This document shows, in pieces, positions 45,520 to 56,400 of a stretch of 64,000 nt of DNA (the first letter of the stretch is position 1; each line of letters opens with the position of its first letter). A program made the position numbers and the translations under genes. The notes under the pieces are model-generated. The model was not told the DNA's origin and did no database searches. It saw only the letters and a list, made by a program, of their open reading frames with translations. Source of the DNA: an uncultured bacterium (lineage in GTDB: Bacteria; Patescibacteriota; Patescibacteriia; Magasanikbacterales; GWA2-37-8); contig CALCZC010000025.1 in the NCBI GenBank assembly GCA_937903605.1, forward strand, positions 281,372 through 345,371, written 5' to 3'.

Positions 45520-46695
45520 CTATTCATTTAATGGAACTTCTTCTTCAGAACTTACTTCTTCGATTGTAGCCTCCTCTTCTGTAGGTGGAGTAACCAAAAC
45601 CGGTTGTTTTTCTAATTCTGAATTTTTGACAATTTCAAAATTCAAACTACGAGCAACCAAGGATAATACAGATTTATAATTGACTATCATAGAATCGGTT
45701 GTGTGATACAACAAAACATACACTTTGTCATTATTAAGGAAATAATAAACCAAATTATCGTTTCGCGCTTTTCCCTGATATCCAGCACGGGTCTCAAAAT
45801 CTATCAACGAACTAAAACTTTGATTTAGAGCCATTCTGCTAAACCAATTTTCAAAACTTTCTTCCGGTTGCAAATCAAAAACACGAATTTCAATATTTTC
45901 TCCACTTAAAGTACTGAAAAGTACTTGCCTTTCTTCTTCGTCTACTGCACCAACAGCCCAATTGATAGGAATATAAACTCTATAAGAAAAATTTTGGTTT
46001 TCATAAACTTTAACCAAGCTAGAATCAACCAATTTTTGCGGTTCAAAACCCTTGGGGTTGTATAAATAATAAACTTCTACACCGTCCGGATAACTATCGC
46101 TATCACTATCAAAATTACCAGGGTCTGTACCAAATTCTTCTTCAGCCAAATCTGATAAATCATCGTCGTCTAAATCAGCGCTTTCTGCCAATAAAACAGA
46201 AGGAAATTCCATCGGTACTTCTGTGGATATAATTTCAGGCACTTCCGGCTCTTTTGGTGGTTCAACTTCTTGAACAATTTCCGGTTTCTGAGTTTCTACA
46301 ACGGGTTCGCTAGGTACCTCCGGAATTGTTTCAACCACTGGAGTAAGGCTTGGTTCGTTTTTTTCTGAAAAATAAGCATTTTTTATATAATAATAACCAC
46401 CGACTCCTAAAACTGAAATTATAAATATAATTCCGGCAAATAAAGCTAAGAACTTGGGATTTGTCACCAGATTTATCAAGTGCCATCCCCCTTCTTGCGC
46501 GCCAACGGAAGTTTTTTGATGAAAAGCCTTTTTTTCATTTTCAGTCAAAATGGGTTTTTTTTCTTTTATATCAACTTCGGTAGCCACGTTTTTAAAACTG
46601 ACTACCGGATTTTTTCCACCATAAAATTCTTCCGGAATAGTACTTACAACTATTTCGCTTTCAGACAATTGATTGTCCTGTTTTTTACCAAACAT
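45520..46695 (-). CDS. membrane-anchored protein with P/E-rich linker and TSP3-like acidic Ca-binding-type motif (391 aa)
   Basis: TM helix (FLALFAGIIFIISVLGVGGYYYI). PE-rich spacer. Motif EEEFGTDPGNFDSDSDSYPDGVEVYYLYNPKG shared with the neighbouring 241-aa protein. Confidence 0.55.
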   Translation of the reverse strand: MFGKKQDNQLSESEIVVSTIPEEFYGGKNPVVSFKNVATEVDIKEKKPILTENEKKAFHQKTSVGAQEGGWHLINLVTNPKFLALFAGIIFIISVLGVGGYYYIKNAYFSEKNEPSLTPVVETIPEVPSEPVVETQKPEIVQEVEPPKEPEVPEIISTEVPMEFPSVLLAESADLDDDDLSDLAEEEFGTDPGNFDSDSDSYPDGVEVYYLYNPKGFEPQKLVDSSLVKVYENQNFSYRVYIPINWAVGAVDEEERQVLFSTLSGENIEIRVFDLQPEESFENWFSRMALNQSFSSLIDFETRAGYQGKARNDNLVYYFLNNDKVYVLLYHTTDSMIVNYKSVLSLVARSLNFEIVKNSELEKQPVLVTPPTEEEATIEEVSSEEEVPLNE

Positions 46696-46703
46696 ATAAT
46701 AAA

Positions 46704-47429
46704 CTATTTTTCTGTATTAGTATTTACAGCTGGCTGATTTTCTATAAATAATTTTCCGGAACCAAGTGGGTTATAACCGCTTTTAACTTCTAAACCATCC
46801 AGATAACCATCTCCATCAGTATCGGAATTGAGCGGATTTGTTTTCCAAATTATAACTTCATCTCCATCTATCAGATCGTCCTTATCACTATCGGGATTAA
46901 ACGGATCTGTACCGATTTCTTTTTCACGAACATCGTCTAGTCCATCTTTATCATTATCAACCGGTTCACCAAAAAGCACTTCGTCAATTTTCATATCAAC
47001 CAAAACTCCTTCATTGGTGGATGTTTGGACTTCTTCTGGAGTTACTACTTGTAGTTCCGGTGTGGTGGTTACAATCGGTGTTTCTTGTTTTACAGTTTCA
47101 TCAATGATAATTATCTTGTCTTTGTTGTTCAAAAAATTATCATAAATCCAAAATCCACCGATGGCAATGCCAGCCAAAAGCACACCGATAAGCACTATTA
47201 AAATTATTTTACCCAAAATAGGCTCTTTAACAACTTGAATTTTTCCTATTCCGCTTTCTTCTTTGAAATTATCATAATCAGAATTTTCTTTCTTTTTTAG
47301 CATTCCGGCTTGCAAAGCATTGGGAGAAATATTAACAGTTTCATCTATGTCATCAAACATATCCTTTGGTTCATCTACCGGTAAATTTTGCGGCGGGGCA
47401 CTATTGGGTAAATTATTATCGTCAAACAT
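46704..47429 (-). CDS. membrane-anchored protein with TSP3-like DxDxDG repeats (241 aa)
   Basis: Central TM helix (IILIVLIGVLLAGIAIGGFWIY). C-terminal DNDKDGLDDVREKEIGTDPFNPDSDKDDLIDGDEVIIWKTNPLNSDTDGDGYLDGLEVKSGYNPLG. Confidence 0.55.
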   Translation of the reverse strand: MFDDNNLPNSAPPQNLPVDEPKDMFDDIDETVNISPNALQAGMLKKKENSDYDNFKEESGIGKIQVVKEPILGKIILIVLIGVLLAGIAIGGFWIYDNFLNNKDKIIIIDETVKQETPIVTTTPELQVVTPEEVQTSTNEGVLVDMKIDEVLFGEPVDNDKDGLDDVREKEIGTDPFNPDSDKDDLIDGDEVIIWKTNPLNSDTDGDGYLDGLEVKSGYNPLGSGKLFIENQPAVNTNTEK

Positions 47430-47458
47430 ATTTAATAAATTATTTTAATTAATTAAAT

Positions 47459-50400
47459 TTACATTCCACTCCAAATAGGTATTGATGTCCTTATAAACAT
47501 ACCCGGACATTCGTGATCATTATTAGCAACAAAACCTGCAGAGCATGAATTCCATTGTAATTTACAAACCGAAGAACACCAGGAACAACTTGAAAATCCA
47601 GTGGGTATTTCACAGGGTGTTCCGTTGGCTGCTCCAGCATCACATTCTTCGTTGTTTTCCGGTTGCCAAACACCATCCCCACAATCGGGGTTTTCTACAA
47701 GACCAGAGTTGGAAAAAGGAGCACAATACCAACTGTTTTCTTTATAATGAGACCTTATCTCATCCGGTGATAAAACTTTATTATAAAAAGAAGCATCGTC
47801 AATAAGTCCTTTAAAACTTTCTCCAAAATCATCCATTACTGAATATTCTTTGGTAAAATAATCAACTACACATTTTTGACCAAGACACAATGGAAACGGT
47901 GTGTCCCCCATTACTCTGGCATTTAGGTTTTGCTTACTTAATACCCCGTTTAAATATATCTTGATTTCACTCTTAGCTGAGCCTGTTTTTTTATAAGTAG
48001 CTACTATGTGATGCCAATTATAAAGCTCTCCACTACTAAGTGCTCTAGTATCCACTGAAGATGCCTTGGTTTTTTCTGCCGACCATATAATCCAACGAAT
48101 TTTATTAGCACCATTTTTTGGACTAAATTCTATACCATAACCACCCTGTTTAGTCGTGTGGGTAAACCAATTTTCTGTTGTACTTCTATATCTAGCAAAA
48201 GACATCCAACCTCCTTTTTCTAAAATTCTAGCTGCCGTAGAATTGCCAGAATATGGTTTTATCCATAATTCTATAGACATCTCATCTCTTATGAGCCGTT
48301 TATTTGGGTCTGTTGTTTCTGTAATCACCAAAGAAGCTTTGCTATCTTGTGAAAAATCTAAACCTTTGTTTCCACTATTTCTTCCATCAATCGGTAGTGG
48401 ACATTCTGAAATAGTTCCACAGGTAGCCATATTATTATTTTTACTGTCAGGAAACATCGCAAATGCACCAGCTCCTCCAGCCAAAGAATATTCATTAAAA
48501 TTCCAAAAACTTATCAATCCATCAATTTTACTGTTATCGGCCCGACAATCTGAAGTACAATATTTGGTACCAGAAATTTTAGCTCCGCCGGCTGTTTCTA
48601 TCGTGCAAGATTTGTTTCCATCACAATCCTCGTAATCAGATTCCCATTTACCATCCCCACAATAAGGTCCGTAACTTCTACAATTTGTATTGCAAGATTC
48701 CTCTTTTGTTAAACCCCATTTAATTTTTAAGTCGTTGTTTATAAAACATAATCTGCTGTCAGCACAAGTCTTTTTCCAATCACAAAGTTCACCCGTATTT
48801 AAAGTGCCATTTCCACAATTATTTGTGGCCAACCTACAATTAGTACCACAAAAACCCAATTTTCCATTATTGGGACCATCATCACAAATTTCACCGGCTT
48901 TTATTTGTACCAAACCGTCACCACAAACACCGCCAACAGCTGCTCTGCAAGTTGTAGCTGTTTGAGTACCCCAATTACATTTATCATTACACAATTTAAC
49001 TCCAGCTAATAAACTATTGGGATTATTGGCAGGTGGAGGACATTTGGTGGTAGTGTATTCTTTTGTTCCTGGAGGATCACATGCTTCACCCGGGTTTACA
49101 ACCCCATTTCCACACAAACCAGCACTATTGGAAATTATTGGACTTTCACAAAAATTACCTAGAACAAACTTATTGCCATCAAAACCAAACTTATTCCAAA
49201 CATTAAGCCATGCTCCACCTGATAAATTATCATTTTCACCCGTGCCCCTAATAACATAATTTCCATCATTTTTTAAATTATAACTATAAGCCATAGATTT
49301 ATCAGCACAAGCAAAACTCAAGCGCAAATCCTCGGCACTCCAACCTGTTGTTAGATTGTGCAGATGACAAATATTTTCAAATCTCTTGTTAAAATCCGGA
49401 ATCGCTTCATTAGTCCAAGGCAAGGAATATAAATATATTTCATCTATTTGCCCCTTTAATCCTTCGCCAATAATAATATCATCTTTGTTTTGTCCGATTT
49501 TTAAGTTAGGAACACTGCCTGTTGTATAAACATTACGTGAAGGAGAAGAAGTGCCGGTTTTTATTGTACGATAAATTGTCCCATCAACTACTAAGTACAT
49601 GTCCCCTTTAGTTCCATCATCATAATAACGCACCAAAACATGATGCCATTTATTTAAAGTTAAGGGGTTTTGTGTATCAATAGCAAAGTATTGTTTATTA
49701 GCTAAAGGATCGGTAGAAGAAGGAAAAATTGCAAAACGAATAGTGCCGTTGTTAGCTACCGGACTACTCCCAGCAAAACTCAATTTATTATATTCCACCA
49801 TAAATCCGCCTAAGGTATTATTTGACGCAGTATCAGACCAACCACCTTTTTTGATCAAAATCGCCGGAGTTTGTTCAGTTGGTTTAAACCAAAAAGACAA
49901 GGCGAATTGGTTTAAATTATCATTATAACTTTCTTGGTGTTTGATAGTTATTTTTTCAAATCCCTTCGGAAAATTAAAGGCAAAATCTCTACCGACTCCA
50001 GGAGCAAAAGTAACTCCTTGACCTATAGCATTATTTCTTTTTGTGGTACTGACGATATTATCATTAAAATTATTTTCTCCAGCCCAATAACCAACTTGAT
50101 TAGTCAAACCAACTGTAGTTGTCCCACAATCAGAATTTTGAATACAAGGGTCGGTACTACTCATAAAACAAGTTCCACCTGGAGCCAGCTTGTTTATAGG
50201 GTCTAGCGGAAGAGGCTTTCCTAATTTACTACCCAATTCCACCCAGGAACTCTGCCAGACACTCATGGCGCGATTAGGTAAATACGATTGCGTTATAGTA
50301 GGATATTTATTATCATTTTTACTATCATTATAATAATTGGTCAGAGAAGTAGAAACAAAACGAGCATCTTGAATTCTCTGGTAATTTCTTTGCATTTTTT

Positions 50401-53400
50401 CTTTTTGATTTAAACAGGTTGGTTTATCGGGAATTTTCAAACAATCTAAATCAGTGTTACAAAATCCTTCTGGTAAAGTACCTTTCGTTTTCCAATTATA
50501 CCCACTGGCACACATTTTTAAATTATGTTCTTCCAAAAAATCAATATTAAACTTCAAGTTAGTAAGTATTTGATCAAACACTTGTTTAGTTTGATTATTA
50601 GCGTTCAAATTTAAACTAAATAAATAAATATTTGAGTAAACCGTAGAAGAAATATTTAGTGCTGCCACATACACATTATTACCGGTTCCGTCAACTGCCG
50701 CTTCATAACCATCTACCTTCAAAAAATTGAAGTTTCCTTTCATGGTGGAACTATTTGATATTAACCATTCAGTTAAATTGAGATAATCAAGATTTTTAAA
50801 AACTTTAATTCCAATAGCATCAGCATTTTTATCATTAGTCAAAAGAAAATATTTTATAACTTCCGGTTCCAATCCAACAGAGTTAATTGCTGGTTTCATG
50901 TATGGCAAGTCGTCTTTTTTTCCTGTTGTTCCGGCATCAGCACAATAATGAGTACTAAATTTAGTAAAGGAATCACTGATAAAGGAGGTCCCGGTAAAAC
51001 CAGTGTCCTCTTCTCTTGTTTTATAACCAAAATCAAATCCGTCGTTATTTTTTGCTATATCTTCAAAAGGCCAGACCTTATTGCCGTTTACCTCAAATGG
51101 CGGCCAAGGATTTTCACATAAATTAACAGTAATTTTACTATTTCCCGGTGGAATTATTTCTCCTGTTTTGGTAGTAGAGACGGTCGCGAATACATTTCCT
51201 TCTCCGTTTTGATTAGTAGATATCACTGTATTGGTAGTAATAATCAAGTCTTCATTAATCCCAAAGGAAACACTGCCATCTTTACTCCAAACATAAGTCC
51301 AAAAATAAGAATCTACCGGTTGAATAAACTGAGTTGGAAACGTTTGAGAAACAGCTGTGGCTGTCAAAATTGTGGAAGAATTTGATTTAGTAAAAAAAAC
51401 TGAACTGGGGCTTATTTCCACTTTTCCCACAGTACAAATACCAGGCTCTTGCCAAGTAGTAAAAGTAAACTGATGTGGTTTGCCATCATTTCTCTTACCA
51501 ATACTAACCCCCTTATCATCTTTTATTCCTGGTAATAATAAAATTTTATACGTAGTACTACTACCAACAAGAGGTTTTTCAAGATCAATAACAATATCAA
51601 AACTATCTTCTTCAGCATTGTATTTTACATCGCTAGTACCAATTGTTTCTCCAGTACACCATTGGGCAACGGCTTTTTCCACGCCAAAAAACTTTTGAAA
51701 GAAACTGATTGTTATTTGCCAGATTTTTTTGTACCAAGGCAATAAATCATTATGGGAATAACTAAGAATATCAGAACTCTTAATAATTTGGGTGCCGGTA
51801 CAAAACTGAGTATTATCACTTGGATATTCTCTGGCGATTAATAAATTTCCTTGTAGTGTTGTAGCATCTATAGGTTTATCAAAAGAAATTTTTATTTCCG
51901 TGTTTGGACAAACATCATCTTTTTCAGGATAAGTCGAAAGTTTGGTTGGTCTTTGATAACAACAAGAATTTTTACCGACTCCAAAAGGCGCAGTCGCCCC
52001 AGCCGGTGTTCTAGCCACACACTCTTCATCAGTTGTATAACCACAAACAAGATTGAACTGGGCAGTTCCAGTTTTTCCAGAATTTCTCGCTTGACCGGTA
52101 ATATCAGTGCTTTGTTTGGGTAAGCTGGGATTGTATCCCAAACCAACCGCTTCTACCAAAACCCAGGGAGAAGTTGAAGCACTTGCATTATAACCAAAAA
52201 AAGTAGAGGTGGTTTCACAATATCTATCTTCATCACCCGTATAAACCCCATCACCGCAAACAGAAGGGGTATTATTAAACAAAGACGAGCCGACTTTTCT
52301 ATTTTCAAATAGACAAAATTTAGTACAATTACTCTCGTCCACTTCACATTCTTCACCGGGTTCTACCTTGCCATTTCCACATTGTGATACTGAATTTTTA
52401 CAAGCTGTTTCAAACTTACTTTTATCACCAACGAATGAACCGGAATCGTGAAATTTTTCATGATTTTCAGCGCACCATGTTGCACTCAACGGAGTTCCGG
52501 TGTGTAAACATCTCGTATTACAATTTAAACTTGAAGTGACTATCAAGGGGCCAGAAGGAATGGAAGGATTTGTATCACAATCTTCATCGCTTGGGTTAAT
52601 TATTCCATCCCCACACAACCTACAATCTAACAATCCCGAAGCTGTTGTTGTACAACTTCCTGTTTTGCTTTTATTTCTTAATAAACATTTTTCTGTGCAA
52701 CTACAATCCTGATTAAAGGGGTTAGCGCAAGCTCCGCTATTTGATATTTCACAATCCTCACCAGCCTCTATAACACCATTTCCACACATTGGTAAATTAT
52801 AATCAAACGAAGCAGAAGTAAAGGTACTGCCTTTTCTTAAGCAATTACTAGTACAAAATGGATTACTACCTTTTATACTAGTATCATATTTTATTGCGAC
52901 TTCGGGCTTAACAACATTCCATAACCAATCATAATTATTGGCATTAATTTTTTGTCCTTTTGTGTTACATTCGTCGGGAGCGGAAAAAACATTGCCTTTA
53001 TACATTCCTCTTTGTCCGATAAAAAACGCATTAAATACCAAAGGACTAACTTCAACTTTAGAGACATCACAAATTTTATCTTTCGTGCCAAAAATCCATG
53101 AAAAATCTGTTTTATAGGGTTTACCAGGTAAACCAAGATTTGTTGTAGAAGCTATTGTAAAAACCGAATTACTAGCAATATTCACTTTGTAATAAGCATT
53201 TACTGCCAACACCGAGCTTGAAGGCATTATAATAAAGCCGATGATTTGCGATCCCGAATACCACGGATCTATTCTTTTTATATCTTGAGGTTCTTTTTGG
53301 GAACAATCTACATTATTGCACCTTTCCAAGGTAAATCCACCCTGCAAAATATTACTTGACATTTGCTTATCAAACTTCACATTAATTTCCGCATTTGGGC

Positions 53401-56400
53401 AAGCAGTTAGACATTTTGGGGCATACTCAATAATTTTAGGATCACTCAAATCTATTTTTAAAGGACTTGTGCCAGTAGCTGAAATACTTTTACCTTCAGT
53501 GGTAGTAGAAATTTGTGAAATTATATTAACACTATCATCAGGATTATTTAGACCTTCGGCTACTGTATTTGCCTTGGCTTCAATGGTTGTATTTTTATTG
53601 GCAGGATTATTAACTTCTGCATAAGTTGGTCTTTGCGAAAACCAAGCATAATCATAACCATCAGTGTTCATCAAAAGACAGTCTATGTTTGATTTTCCTT
53701 CGGCTGTATAAAGCTGGGATTCAGTAGTTATTTCTTCTAAATCTTTTTTATCAATTCTTTTCATGATTGGATTTTCTAAAACCCCGGTCCAATATTCATT
53801 TGGATTTATTACCACTCCGGATAATTCACATTTTTCAGCAACAATCCCAAAGGTATAGCAATATGCCGTGTCACTGATGTTACCAATTTGTCCATCGCAT
53901 GGCAGAGTAGCTTCAAGCTTTTGTGCTCTCACACCCAATGATTTTATATCTTTTTTCAAAATTACTTGATAAAAACCAGGCTCCCAAATTCCATCTGTAG
54001 GTTTTATAACAACTAAATCTCTATCACTTTCTTGACCTCCTGACAAAGTTCTAAGAGGCTGGTCAATGAAATAACTATATTTATCTGGAGACAATTCAGC
54101 ACAAACATTAGGGTTACCTCCCGGTTCTTCAATACATTTATAAATCAAAATGTTATTTATGTTGGCAGTACTAGAATTGATTCTGGTGGTGAATCCAATA
54201 GTTATCAAAGCATTTTCACAGGCTTTTCTGTGTTTTTGGTATTGCAAAATCAAACTAGGCGCAGGAGAAGGAGTTATATTATTTCCACATTGTTCTACAA
54301 CCTTAGGAGCATCGGGAAATTCTCCGGTAGTAAACCGCCATTTATAACCGGTGGATTGTATTTCGCCCGAGCATAAAGATGATGATGGAACGCACATGCC
54401 TTTATCTGACCCTTCTGTACAACATCTAAAATTACCACTCTCGTCTATTTTTCCAGATTCATTCAGGCAGCGTTCATTGTTTTTAACACAATCAAAAACA
54501 GAGAAATTCAGAGGATTGCTATCTAAATTGCCATTTTTCATTAGAATCATTTCCCCGGTAATTGCAGAGGCCGGCACAGTACTAGTAATTACCTGTCCCT
54601 TGGTGACATTTCCTAGCAATTCAATACTACTAGTAGCCCTGACATTGTAATTAATATTGCTTGCACCCTGCTTCCAAAAATAAGCCATCAGATTTTCAGT
54701 AGCTGTTCCAAAATTTTGACCGTAAACTTTTACTTTTGTTCCTATTGGTCCGATTGAAGGAACTATTTTACAAATACCAGGACCAGGCTCTCCTGAACCT
54801 AATTCAAAAGTTATATCGTTACGTAAAATACTGGACTGTCCATTTTGTTTAAACACAATAACTTCATAATTTCCGTCAGTTGGAACACTGTTTTCTTCAA
54901 AAGAAGTAGGAAACTTAACAATTATTTTTTCATCTGTCCAAACATCGCTCACTGCACATTCAGGCATAAAACTCATGAAGTCTCCTGGAAAATAAGGACT
55001 GGTAGCTAAAGATAAACCGCCTACTCTTTTGTAAAATCTGACAGATCCACGACTATTGCCAAAATTTTTTCCAGTTATAGTGATGTATTCTCCTTTTGCG
55101 CCAGAAACAGGGCTAATTCTTTCTACTGTCGGAGCATTTGGATCTTGCATATTTCTAACCTGAACTGACAGAGAATTACTTTTTACTCCGTCTGCTTTTA
55201 TATATGTCAAAAAATTACCGTCTTCCGTGCTTCCAGCTTGGGTTACTATACTATACAATCCACCTGACATCGGTTGTCCCCAAGTACCTTGTTTTATCGT
55301 CATTACCAAATTTTCACTTTCATCATTAGACGTGCTCAAATAAGCCCTATCTCCAACATCATATGACCCAAATTTTTTACCAACATATCTGATACCATCT
55401 TGGAAAGAAGAAAAACTTATTGGAGATACAGAACACAGACTTGGATTATTATTACTTTCGTAAACAAATCTTAAACGATTACTACGATTATTAACTCCGT
55501 CTTTAATAGTATTGGCAACCTGTCTCGGATCCCCAGGTTTTTCAACCATAATTGCGGCCCCACTTTGATAAAAACCATCGGGTACTGTAACTACTATTTG
55601 GTTATTAGACCAGTTTTTGACATTTGTGCCACAGGTTGTTACTTCAGCTTCCACCCAATCAGTAGAAGTATTCGCCGATGATGGGTTTTCTTTATTGGCA
55701 AAATAAACCTTTCCCGGAGTGTTTCCAAAATAACGACCAAAAATCCCCACAAAATCACCTTTTTCTCCCTTGCTAGGATCTATAGAAATAATCCTCATTA
55801 AAGGAACACAAATATTATTTATACAGGCTCCACTGGCACAATCTTCATCTCGTTCACATATAATACCGTCGCATCTTCCACAAGAACCGCCACAATCTAT
55901 ACCGGTTTCATCTCCGTCTTTTACACCGTTAATACAGTGTTTTGGTTTTAATAAAATATTTTTTTCAGTTGTGGTTGATCTAGGAACTTTATCATAACCA
56001 GTAGCCAATAAATCATATGTCCCTGTTGGAAAATTACTGGTTGGCCAAATGATTTCTATATCTTTTTCTTTAACGCAGTCAGAAAGTTGACTGGAAGAAT
56101 AAAGTTGGTTTATATCAAGAGTAGAAGAAATAACATTCAAGGAAGCATAACCGATAGCTACATCATCGCTCATTCTAACAAAAAATCTAACCGAATCCCC
56201 TTGAACAGCTTCTGGTAATGAAAGTAGTTCTATCGTAGGTGACTGTAAATCAACTTCGGAGCCGGTTTTGAAATTTATTAAACCGCATTTATAATTTGGA
56301 GAATTAGGAAATTCGTTACCGCAAGAAAAAACTTCTTTATTGACACTTAAAATATTAGTAGTGTCGTAAAATTCTAGGGTATATTCAGTATTACCTTCTA

